Shown here piece after piece: positions 45,459-54,494 of a DNA stretch of 64,000 nt. Position 1 is the first letter of the stretch; each line of letters begins with the position of its first letter. The DNA lies in the IMG/VR virus record IMGVR_UViG_3300021255_004427, positions 128,001-192,000 of that record; one strand, written 5' to 3'. Source of the stretch: a virus (Duplodnaviria > Caudoviricetes). The position numbers were made by a program, and so were the translations under genes. The notes below the pieces were generated by a model. It was not told where the DNA came from. It did no database searches and worked only from the letters and a program-made list of their open reading frames with translations.

Positions 45459-45872
45459 TTGAATTTTGCAGAAAAATTAAAAGCGCTCCGAAAGAAGAAG
45501 GGGTGGACGCAAAGGGAGGTAGCAGAAAAAATTGGTGTTTCTCCGAGAACTTACGCGTCTTATGAATTGGAGGGGCGAGAACCGAAAGATATAGACAAAT
45601 ATTATGCCCTGGCCGAAACATTCGGAGTTTCAAGAGATTACTTTATAGAAGCGTCTAAAAATATTACAAGAATTAATATTGTCGATATGTTTCATGGAAT
45701 AGGGGGTACATCCGATAGAGATAGAAATCATAAAATAGCAAAAAATCTCACAAGCGAACTTGTAACACTCTTCATGGAGCGGCGTTTAAGCTCTACAGTT
45801 CGCGATGAAATAGCTAAAAGAGTTATGGACGCATATTGGGAAGCCAGAAAGGAGGACGAGTCATGCTTATAG
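45459..45872 (+). CDS. Xre/Cro-CI family HTH repressor
   Basis: FAEKLKALRKKKGWTQREVAEKIGVSPRTYASYELEGREP...LAETFGVSRDYF. Confidence 0.92.
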   Translation: MNFAEKLKALRKKKGWTQREVAEKIGVSPRTYASYELEGREPKDIDKYYALAETFGVSRDYFIEASKNITRINIVDMFHGIGGTSDRDRNHKIAKNLTSELVTLFMERRLSSTVRDEIAKRVMDAYWEARKEDESCL

Positions 45873-46339
45873 ATGATTATAAAAAACTCTTAAAAAGTTT
45901 TTACATTGACTATTTTATGCATGTAAGAACATCCATGCGCGAAGCGTTTAGCGAGCTTAAAATGAAGACCCAGATAACACTTGAAAAAAATAGGGTTGAC
46001 CAAAATGAGCTTATGCGTAAAATGGCTACAGGCGAAATGCTTAGCGAAGAGCAAGAAAAAGCAATGAAAGAAATTCTGAATATTGTAAATAAAACCGATG
46101 AGACAAAAATGATCGATATTTGGATTCTTGTAAGAAAGAGGAAAAAAGTTAAGAAATTAAATTTTATAACATATATTGGGTATGGAGAAGAGGCAGTAAA
46201 CGAAGCAAAAAACATTCTTGGGGATAATGCGGAAATTGTAAGAAAAGATGGAACTACGTATATAAAAAACAAAAAAACTAATGAAACAATATATGTTTAT
46301 CCGTTGCGGGAAGTCGTTTGCCCCTTTGAAAATAAATAG
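45863..46339 (+). CDS. Hypothetical protein
   Basis: AAGGAGG RBS and ATG at 45863, AT-rich. Confidence 0.75.
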   Translation: MLIDDYKKLLKSFYIDYFMHVRTSMREAFSELKMKTQITLEKNRVDQNELMRKMATGEMLSEEQEKAMKEILNIVNKTDETKMIDIWILVRKRKKVKKLNFITYIGYGEEAVNEAKNILGDNAEIVRKDGTTYIKNKKTNETIYVYPLREVVCPFENK

Positions 46340-46650
46340 AAGTCGCCCCCACTTCAAACGCGAAGCGTTAAGTGGGGGCGCTCGGTAAAACATAGATATG
46401 ATGAAATGGTCAGGTAAAAAATCTTACAGCCAGTATCGCGGCAGTCATTAAGACCAGGTAAACGAGCAGTGCAGTGGAAAGATCGGAGTCACTTCTTGCA
46501 TCCTTAAAAGTGATTGATGTTATCAACCATAATATAATCACTTCTACAAAGATGAAAGAGAAAATGCCGAAAGGAAGAGAGGCGGCATTTTTCTCTCTAA
46601 TCTAAAGAGGCTGATAATTAAGAAAAAGGAGAATAGTATAAAAAGAGATA

Positions 46651-46714
46651 ATATTGTAAATATATCCAACTGTGGTTAACGACAATTACACACAGTTGGA
46701 TATATTTACAATAT
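46651..46714. repeat. Perfect 24-bp inverted repeat (site C) upstream of the recombinase
   Basis: atattgtaaatatatccaactgtg-16 bp-cacagttggatatatttacaatat. Confidence 0.95.
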
Positions 46715-46766
46715 GAAAACCATATACGGCTTTCAAGATGCATACCCCTTCAAAATGCAGAATATT

Positions 46767-46795
46767 TTGCTATTGCCTACTACTTGTAGTATAAT
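46767..46795 (+). promoter_or_regulatory. SigA promoter of the recombinase gene
   Basis: TTGCTA-17 bp-TATAAT. Confidence 0.75.
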
Positions 46796-46816
46796 ATTTT
46801 AAAGGTGGTGATTTGT

Positions 46817-47803
46817 ATGGCCAGCATAGCTCCAGTACAAACTGAATTGGGATTTAAAACTCCCATGGATGAGAACCTGGTAACTCCAGATTACTTTGTG
46901 GCTTATTACCTGCAGTTCTTGCCGCGTTATATTGCTAACGGGCGCCCTACTGATGATACGCTGCGGGATTACAAAATTCATATAGACAGCTTTTTAAGAT
47001 GGTGCGATGAACATAACCGGCATCCGTTATCCATTCATGATTACCAAATGCGTATGTATATGGAATGGATGGTAAACCGCGAATACACCGATAACACCAT
47101 CGCTATTAAACTGTCGGCAATTCGAGGGTTTTATCAGGCGGCGCTAAAAATCGGCCTCATAGAATTAAACCCGTGCGAAGATTTAAAAGCTGATAGAAAG
47201 CTTGTCTGGGATGAGAAATTCCGCTTTTATTCTACGGAGCAAATAGAGATAATGAATGACTATATCAAAAATACCGCAATAAATGATTTTATTCGCTATA
47301 GAGATATGGCCATATTGTATCTGATGGGTGTTGAAGGTTTGCGCAACGTAGAAGTTCACCGCCTTTGCGATGAAGATATTAACTGGGAATACGGTTCTAT
47401 ACTTATCAGAGGTAAGGAGCATGGCGGAATTATTTACCCATCTGAAGAAACTCTGGAGGTTCTCAGACGCTATATAGAAGCGCGGCCAGAAAATAAAAAA
47501 GAGGGGGCTTTCACCCCCACTATCACATCTGACCATCGTCATAAATACAGAAGAATCTCTAGAAATGGTATACGCAATATCATGAATCGGATACTCGAAG
47601 GCTGCCAATTAAAACATCCAGGATACTCCTGCCATATTCTGCGACATAGCTGCGGTACAAACCTTTATAATGAGACGAAAGACTTGCGGCTTGTGCAAGA
47701 ACAACTTCGCCATAATGATCCGCAGATGACGGCCAGATATAGCCATGTTCATGAGCGTATGACCAGAAGGGCGACTTCTCGGTTGGCGCCGGAGATAGAT
47801 TAA
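46817..47803 (+). CDS. Tyrosine recombinase (XerC/D-like integrase or resolvase)
   Basis: SAM-like N-domain, GLRNVEV (R), RGK (K), HILRHS (HxxR), LRHND (H) and TARY (Y). No obvious N-terminal arm-binding domain. Confidence 0.95.
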   Translation: MASIAPVQTELGFKTPMDENLVTPDYFVAYYLQFLPRYIANGRPTDDTLRDYKIHIDSFLRWCDEHNRHPLSIHDYQMRMYMEWMVNREYTDNTIAIKLSAIRGFYQAALKIGLIELNPCEDLKADRKLVWDEKFRFYSTEQIEIMNDYIKNTAINDFIRYRDMAILYLMGVEGLRNVEVHRLCDEDINWEYGSILIRGKEHGGIIYPSEETLEVLRRYIEARPENKKEGAFTPTITSDHRHKYRRISRNGIRNIMNRILEGCQLKHPGYSCHILRHSCGTNLYNETKDLRLVQEQLRHNDPQMTARYSHVHERMTRRATSRLAPEID

Positions 47804-47828
47804 CTAATAGGATTGGAGGAAAACGGAA

Positions 47829-48230
47829 ATGAAGTATATTTTAGAAATCGAATCCCATAAAGACCCGGAAGAAATTGAATGGCTGCGCAAATATATCGGT
47901 AGGGAAAACGTTTTTTGTTTTGATGACGACACTATATATGGAAACGACTATAATACTAAGGATTTTTCCGAACAATTTGGATATCCTAACGGAAGGAAAG
48001 GCTTAAAATGTACAGCGAAACTGATTAGAGTTGGTCGTACGGAAAATATTGATCACTGGTTTGCTATTTTGTGGAATGAATATCGGACTATAATCAAATT
48101 TGAAATAGATACAACAAAAACTGCCAGCCGATACAAACCTAGCAGTTATGGTTGGTATGAAGACGAATACGCAGTCTATCGAGGTCGCTCTGCAGACGGG
48201 AGTGGCTTTACAGGTAATCCATTCATTTAG
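47829..48230 (+). CDS. Hypothetical protein
   Basis: GGAGG RBS, 133 aa, last + strand gene before the strand switch. Confidence 0.75.
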   Translation: MKYILEIESHKDPEEIEWLRKYIGRENVFCFDDDTIYGNDYNTKDFSEQFGYPNGRKGLKCTAKLIRVGRTENIDHWFAILWNEYRTIIKFEIDTTKTASRYKPSSYGWYEDEYAVYRGRSADGSGFTGNPFI

Positions 48231-48232
48231 AA

Positions 48233-48263
48233 CAAAAAAGCGAGCGTTATCCGCTCGCTTTTT
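48233..48263. terminator. Bidirectional terminator at the convergence point
   Basis: aaaaaagcgagcg-ttatc-cgctcgcttttt. Confidence 0.9.
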
Positions 48264-48264
48264 C

Positions 48265-49983
48265 TTATTCGAGTCGCCCCTTAATCTGTGCATCCAACAG
48301 GTCAAGGTTGTAATACGACGTATAAAGAACCTTACCATTTTCCGGTGTGTTTGCTGAAGCCTTCATCGTGCAGGCGTGAGAAACATTATTGGTGTTGATA
48401 ACGAGAAGGTCAACATCGTTAAGCTTCTGTGTATCGAAGCTCTTACCGTTTCCTATATCCTTAAACTTTGGATGACGGGCGATTACTTTTGCACGCCAGC
48501 TATCTGTTCCGCCGGCCACAGCAATCTTGAGATTAATGTTGGCAAAAGTGTCTTCTTCTGCTGCTACAGGCTTCTTCTCAGTAACAACAACAGACTCCTC
48601 TTCAATATCCTGCACAGACAGTGCCTCAAGCTCTTTTGTCTTTTTGCGCAGTTCCTCGCGGAGCTCGGAGATTTTATCCGACAGGGCAATCTTTTCACTG
48701 ATCGCGTCCTGATATTTACGAACATAATCTTCTTTCTGCTTGGAAAGCTCGTCAAACTTACTTCTCAGATTACTGTAATCTGTAGAGAGCTTAACCAGTT
48801 CTTTATTCTGCTTCCGGTTTGCACCATTTACTGAGCGTTTCTGATTGGCTACGCTTTTAGATAAAACATCTTGCGACTTTAAAAGCTCTTCAATTTTATT
48901 AGAAAGAGTATTATTTTTACGAGCCAGGTCTGTTTTTTCCGCTTTTAATACGGAAAATTCATTATTTCGAATGGCAATCTCTCGTTCAAGATTTGTTACT
49001 TTGTCCGAGAGGCTCGTTATCTTACTATTGTTCTTTGTGATAACATCCTTAAGTTTCTGGATCTTGTTCAGATTCCGTTCAGCTTCGTACCGGTAATACC
49101 ATATTGGCTTGAGCTGCGGATGAATATGCGCAGCAACGTATTCCACGGCTGTACTATATGTAAAATCATCTTTTTCCCATTCGCTAACAAAAGGATCTGA
49201 AGGAACAGACATTACGAGCTCTTTTTTTATGAGCTCAAGGGTTTTGTTGATGTCATCAGTGTTGATAATACCATCCATAATATCGGTGGCACATTTGCAG
49301 ACTTCTTCGTAAAAATCATTTTCGTTTTCTAACGAATAAATACATTCCGTAGCGACTCTCATTTCAATTGCGCGAGTTAAAGAATCTATATGTATATGCC
49401 TTCGATTGTAAAAACTGATTATATCGTAAACTAAAGCAAAGCAAAATAAATCCTTTTCTGCAGAAATAAAATACTGATCATGGTCTTGTAACAATGTGGA
49501 ATATTTTTCCTCAATTTCTTCCAAGCCATTATAAGGAGGAAGCTCGCTAATATGCTCATTAACGATGTGTTCAAATTGGCGCTCTTCTTTTGTTCCGTCA
49601 ATATCAAACATCAATTGCCATATCTGATAAACAAATGCTAATCGTATGCACTTTAAAACATCGGGAAGTTGACAACTGTCATTTTGATCGAGGAGCCCCA
49701 TAGCAAGAAGTGTATAATATGCACCTTGAATGCGGCAATGTAAAAAGAAGTTTGGCGTGCGCTCAAAATACTCTTTCTTAATGGTATCCTCGTTTGCGTT
49801 TAAAAGCTCGAGAAGTTCGTCTGTTTTTCCGCTTTTTTCTAGCTCTATGGCCTGTTGTAAAATTTTAAAAGAACGCCCCTTGCTAATGTCTGGTATGAGC
49901 TTATCTTTTAGTCTGTTTGAATTGTTCTGATAAATATCTGTTAATATTGGTGCAGATCTAATGCTATATTCCATGTTAACCAC
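48265..49983 (-). CDS. Coiled-coil protein with a C-terminal DUF2325-like domain
   Basis: Long heptad region, IAVAGG...W and DLLVINTNNVSH. Confidence 0.75.
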   Translation of the reverse strand: MVNMEYSIRSAPILTDIYQNNSNRLKDKLIPDISKGRSFKILQQAIELEKSGKTDELLELLNANEDTIKKEYFERTPNFFLHCRIQGAYYTLLAMGLLDQNDSCQLPDVLKCIRLAFVYQIWQLMFDIDGTKEERQFEHIVNEHISELPPYNGLEEIEEKYSTLLQDHDQYFISAEKDLFCFALVYDIISFYNRRHIHIDSLTRAIEMRVATECIYSLENENDFYEEVCKCATDIMDGIINTDDINKTLELIKKELVMSVPSDPFVSEWEKDDFTYSTAVEYVAAHIHPQLKPIWYYRYEAERNLNKIQKLKDVITKNNSKITSLSDKVTNLEREIAIRNNEFSVLKAEKTDLARKNNTLSNKIEELLKSQDVLSKSVANQKRSVNGANRKQNKELVKLSTDYSNLRSKFDELSKQKEDYVRKYQDAISEKIALSDKISELREELRKKTKELEALSVQDIEEESVVVTEKKPVAAEEDTFANINLKIAVAGGTDSWRAKVIARHPKFKDIGNGKSFDTQKLNDVDLLVINTNNVSHACTMKASANTPENGKVLYTSYYNLDLLDAQIKGRLE

Positions 49984-50206
49984 CTCTAACCTATACTCAA
50001 CTTAAATTATACATAAAATAAGAATAAAAAATCAAGCAAAATATTCAAAAATCAAAAATAACCGCTCTGGGAAACCCGTAGAGCGGTTATAGACATTTAG
50101 GCATATAATTATATACAAAAAGTTTTTCGTGGGCATTGTGGGCGAATCTGAGGGGCAGATTTTTCGTCCCTCATCCAAAATATCGAAAAACGGAAAGTGA
50201 CCGGGG

Positions 50207-50671
50207 TTATGCCGCACTCTTCCCTGTTTGCAATGACACTTTGTCCTGGCCATAATCAATATAGCCAATCTTTGGTCCAAGCTGATCCTGCCATGCTCTT
50301 ATGAATGAACGTGTCGCAACGAAGCTGGAGCCGATTCTTGCCGATGCCTGTCCAACAGTCAGCTTCTCACCCATAATAAGATCGTAGAGAATTTTCCACT
50401 TCTGCTCGCGAGATTTCTGTTCTGCTGCCAGTTTAGATTCGTTGAAGTCCGCTTTTGTGTCTACGAGGCGATATACCTTCTTAACATTATCTACGACCCA
50501 TCCTTTTGATTTGAATGTGCGCTGGATTTCTCCGCTTTTTAGCGGTTCGCCATCGTACGTAGCAATTTCGCCGGCACGACGTTTAAATTTCTTCGGGTTC
50601 TTTACTTCAGGATGGCGCTCGCACCAGTCCATTTCAGCCTTCTTAGTCCAAAAGTATGTTGTTGCTGCCAA
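50207..50671 (-). CDS. Hypothetical basic protein with a possible C-terminal HTH
   Basis: GGAGG RBS, LTVGQASARIGSS. Confidence 0.7.
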   Translation of the reverse strand: MAATTYFWTKKAEMDWCERHPEVKNPKKFKRRAGEIATYDGEPLKSGEIQRTFKSKGWVVDNVKKVYRLVDTKADFNESKLAAEQKSREQKWKILYDLIMGEKLTVGQASARIGSSFVATRSFIRAWQDQLGPKIGYIDYGQDKVSLQTGKSAA

Positions 50672-50715
50672 TATTAAATTCCTCCAATCATAAACAATTG
50701 TATGTGTATAATAAA

Positions 50716-50787
50716 CTACTTACGAATAACAATGGGGTCTGCCCCACTTCTTAAATGTATTTTACTACTTACTTATCTAAAAATCAA
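50716..50787 (-). promoter_or_regulatory. SigA promoter with GTAAG(A/T)AG operator copies
   Basis: TTGATT(50787)-17-TAAAAT(50764). Motif copies at 50765, 50746 and 50716. Confidence 0.7.
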
Positions 50788-50807
50788 GTATGTAGCGGAG
50801 TTTTCTT

Positions 50808-50843
50808 TAACTGTGTCATTGTATCACTGTTTACCCACAGTTA
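50808..50843 (-). repeat. 36-bp site B (inverted partner of site A)
   Basis: Minus strand reads taactgtgggtaaacagtgatacaatgacacagtta. Confidence 0.85.
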
Positions 50844-50892
50844 ACCTATAAAAAATAAAGCCGCCCACGAGGGGCGACCACTGAAGATATTT

Positions 50893-53800
50893 TTATTGCA
50901 TGCAAAGCTGCATGACCTTATTGCTTGCTTCATTTGCCTTTTGCTGATATTCTTTGTACTGGGCATACTCTTGCGGCCTATTCTGCGCCGCCCACTGAAT
51001 AACCCATGTTTTGCCAGATGCGTTAGGATCGTTCTGAATTGCAGACTCCCAACCGGCGAATAGAGTATCTGCTTTTTTCGTGTAATCATCCATGATTTTT
51101 TCGTACTGTTTTATCTGAGCGCGCTTTTCTTTTTCAGCTGCTTCATTGAAAACAGGTTCAGGGTTAACACCCTTATTATTTGTCTTTTCTATCTGCTTAC
51201 CTACAGATGTCTCTTTTGATACATTTATCGAGTTTAACAGCTTCCATACAGTTTTGGGGTCTACAAACGAGCCGTTTTTATCTTGCACGCGTAAAATGAA
51301 ATTATCATTGCACGTCGCGCAGATTTCCCCTTTGCTTATGTTTTGCTTGTTAGCGTCTTTGCTGAGTTTGTCTTCGCTAAGCCCTGCGAAGATGTATGTG
51401 TAACCAGAATGTCTGCTTGTCATCTTAATGTACTTGCCAATAGCCTCATCAGATAATATTCCGGCTCCATCACAATCTTCTGGTGCATGAACACTAATTT
51501 CCGCACTGCACTTGAATACCAACGCATTAGATACGACTCCTACGCCAGAACCAGCATTTGCAACGCCAAAATCTTGAATCCAGTATACGTTATTCAAATC
51601 TTTTGTTGGTATTGGGAAATCCATACCTTCTTCTTGATTTGCAAGCTGTGACAATCCAGTATTTGCAGCATCGATAATCTGGTAGGCCTGAACGACAGCT
51701 GGGAAAAATTCCGGATCGCTGCTCGCCTCTTCGAGGGCTTTTCTCCATTCCCAGTTATACATGCGGGTACTGTTATTGTTCCCGTTGCTACTGTTACTAC
51801 TGTCGTCATTGTTCATGGGGGCGCTCATAAGTTTAGCCAGCCCATCGCTCCATTTTTTATATGCCGTAACAGGCGCAATGGAATTCCCATTAAAGGTATA
51901 TTGCTCTGAGAGCTTTTTTAGCTCTTTAACGCCGGCCTCTATCTGTCCTTCTATTGCGCCGCTATTCGTACCGAATAATCCTTGGGCGGGGTCACCATTA
52001 CTGATAACCGCAATAACTGCCATCGCGAGAAGTGGGTCGATTTTATTTTCGCCGGCAATACGTTGAAGCGTTTGCTCATATCCATTGAGCTTCAGATTTT
52101 TAACAGCTTCTTCCGCCCTTGCCTTACCATTGGATAAACCTGCAGATATTGATTCTTTTGCTTTTGGCCACCAAATCTTCATCTCTTGCTTCTTTTTATC
52201 ACCAGTAGTATTTGAAGAACTGTTATTGCCAGTTCCACTATTGTCTTTTGGGTCGTATTTCCCAGCAAGAACATCATCCATGAACTGCTTGTGTCCATCA
52301 ATAGATGATTTATAATCACCTGGATTAATAGAAACTGTAGGTGTAAGACCGGATGAGCCTGGTCCATTTGCCAGCTGGTAAGAGGATAACTTTTCCGGAG
52401 ATTTGTCATCGGAATTAATATCCTGCCGCCAGTTAATCTGCGGCTTTTGCTGCTCTACCGGAGTGAGCTTCCATCCCATCTTGACACCATCATCCCACTG
52501 ATCTTTAAATGGACGTTCGTTCTGGTCTCTCGTGCTAGTAGTCTTATAGTTAAGCTGATAATCCAGTTTTTTATCATGCATTTGTTCGATGCGCAGGAAG
52601 TTTATGTAGTCTTCCATATTCATCATACCAGCCTGAATATCGTCCTGAATATTGGCAAGGTTGGCGCCGACCTCATTAAGAATATCGTATGTGGCTCCAA
52701 TGATAGGCTCGTAACGCGAACAGGAAAGGCATTGATCAAGCTGCATAACTTGCCCATCTTCCAGAAGATTATCTTTTAAACACCGGATACATACGTATTT
52801 GGAGCGATGGTCTGTTCCTCCCCAATAGACACAATTGACGTGCATTCTCTTACCAATTGCAAAAGTGTATCTGAGTACGGTCGACAACACGTTTTCTAAC
52901 TTAACAAGGCGCTTCTCGGTAAAATCTGATAATGTCAATATTGCCGAGGCGAGTTCTTTTGTTTCCATGTGATCTCTCGTATATGGAAGTCTGTACTGTT
53001 TTACTCGAGGCGCGTGGTTTTCCAATTCTTCTATTTTAAGATCGACGGGGAATGGGTCATTATTATTTAACGGTTTTCCTGCGCTGGGCACTTTGACCTC
53101 GCTAATGGAATTTTGTGGATCAAACGGTCTTTGCGCAAGTTTTTGTGCCTGATCTGTTGTAAACGCATTACCATTAATCCCCATTAAGTCCTGCATGGTT
53201 TGACTGGTCATAATACCGTAGTCGCCAGTCTGGTCCATATTATTCATACCATTAACGGCAGTGGTTTCTACAACAGTGTTAGGGATATTCCCCTGCACGT
53301 AAACAAAGTCTGGATAAACCGGTTCGCAGTACGTTTTTCCTTTTGGATTAATCTCCACCCAGCCAACATGATCGGCTATGTTATTATTTGCCGGCCCGAG
53401 GGCTTTATTCATTGCTCCGCCCGCAGGATTTGTGCCGCCTTCAGCCTGAGACTGTGCATTGAAGTTTGGCTTGATGCCATCATGGGAGGTTGTCGGTATC
53501 CACCAATCGCATACGCCGCCGTCTGCAAGTACGGTTTCCAAATCCCAATGGTAATCATCACCATTTTTATTGCGTGAGCCTCCCTGGTTTGGGTCATTAA
53601 TTATAAGCCCCTGGTTATCCAGCTTTGCATAAACAATATAATGGCCGCCGCCAGTAAAGAGTCCATCACCATGGGCTGCAATAACAGGAAATCCTGCTTT
53701 CAATGCTTCTCTTACAGGGGCCGGATCATTTACATATTTGAATTCTACGCCGTATGACGGGCCTCTGTCCTGAAATGCGGTATGGTCTGTGCCCTGTCCT

Positions 53801-54072
53801 AACACTCTATGGCCAGACTGAACAAAATCATCTGCAACCATGTCCGGCGTTACGTTTTTCCCGTACCATGCACATACCATAGCAAAGGAGGTTGGGCCGC
53901 AGCCGGAAGTACAAACTGTAGACCCATCACTACCATAAGGATGGTCCGCCCAGCGTTTATCCCACTGATGGTACAGGGGAACTCCCGACGAATTTCCCTG
54001 TGAACTAGGGGCATTGGTGTTTTGCTTATTGTCTTCTGGCTTGGTAGATGTATTATTATTCGTATCCGGCAA
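50893..54072 (-). CDS. Large virion/tail-hub-like protein: C39-like peptidase plus degenerate SLT-like and M23-like domains
   Basis: YHQWD.RW...Y, SGCGPTS.AMV, GHYIV and NDP (C39_2). IDPLLAMAVIAVISNGDP (SLT-like). VHAPEDC..GKYIKM....YTYIFAGL (M23-like). Confidence 0.75.
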   Translation of the reverse strand: MPDTNNNTSTKPEDNKQNTNAPSSQGNSSGVPLYHQWDKRWADHPYGSDGSTVCTSGCGPTSFAMVCAWYGKNVTPDMVADDFVQSGHRVLGQGTDHTAFQDRGPSYGVEFKYVNDPAPVREALKAGFPVIAAHGDGLFTGGGHYIVYAKLDNQGLIINDPNQGGSRNKNGDDYHWDLETVLADGGVCDWWIPTTSHDGIKPNFNAQSQAEGGTNPAGGAMNKALGPANNNIADHVGWVEINPKGKTYCEPVYPDFVYVQGNIPNTVVETTAVNGMNNMDQTGDYGIMTSQTMQDLMGINGNAFTTDQAQKLAQRPFDPQNSISEVKVPSAGKPLNNNDPFPVDLKIEELENHAPRVKQYRLPYTRDHMETKELASAILTLSDFTEKRLVKLENVLSTVLRYTFAIGKRMHVNCVYWGGTDHRSKYVCIRCLKDNLLEDGQVMQLDQCLSCSRYEPIIGATYDILNEVGANLANIQDDIQAGMMNMEDYINFLRIEQMHDKKLDYQLNYKTTSTRDQNERPFKDQWDDGVKMGWKLTPVEQQKPQINWRQDINSDDKSPEKLSSYQLANGPGSSGLTPTVSINPGDYKSSIDGHKQFMDDVLAGKYDPKDNSGTGNNSSSNTTGDKKKQEMKIWWPKAKESISAGLSNGKARAEEAVKNLKLNGYEQTLQRIAGENKIDPLLAMAVIAVISNGDPAQGLFGTNSGAIEGQIEAGVKELKKLSEQYTFNGNSIAPVTAYKKWSDGLAKLMSAPMNNDDSSNSSNGNNNSTRMYNWEWRKALEEASSDPEFFPAVVQAYQIIDAANTGLSQLANQEEGMDFPIPTKDLNNVYWIQDFGVANAGSGVGVVSNALVFKCSAEISVHAPEDCDGAGILSDEAIGKYIKMTSRHSGYTYIFAGLSEDKLSKDANKQNISKGEICATCNDNFILRVQDKNGSFVDPKTVWKLLNSINVSKETSVGKQIEKTNNKGVNPEPVFNEAAEKEKRAQIKQYEKIMDDYTKKADTLFAGWESAIQNDPNASGKTWVIQWAAQNRPQEYAQYKEYQQKANEASNKVMQLCMQ

Positions 54073-54360
54073 TTAAAACGCCTCCTCAATCTCACGGTCA
54101 AGGAGTGTTTCTGCCTGATAAGAACGGGTTGCCTCTCTCATAGCTTCTTCATATTCGCGCTGGCTTTCCATTTTCTCCAAGTGGGAATAATCCCATTCCG
54201 CCCGCCGCTTAGCTTCTTTCATTTCTTTATATGTCTTTCTTGATACAACCAGACCATCCGTATCATCACGATAATAGAACTGACCATACGTGATATACTC
54301 ACCTGTAATATGGTCACGTTCCCAAGTAAATGGCTGATCAACCTGATAAAGTCTTAGCAT
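54073..54360 (-). CDS. Hypothetical protein
   Basis: AAAGGA RBS, 95 aa, abuts the next gene. Confidence 0.75.
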   Translation of the reverse strand: MLRLYQVDQPFTWERDHITGEYITYGQFYYRDDTDGLVVSRKTYKEMKEAKRRAEWDYSHLEKMESQREYEEAMREATRSYQAETLLDREIEEAF

Positions 54361-54494
54361 GCGTTATTATCCTTTCTCTAGCTACGAATTTTAGAGGCTG
54401 CTAAAAGTCTCCAGAATTTGCTTGTGTCTTACGTACGTTCCGGTATTACGCCGCCCGCACAAGTAGGACACAAGCAAACAAGCAGATTTTTAGG

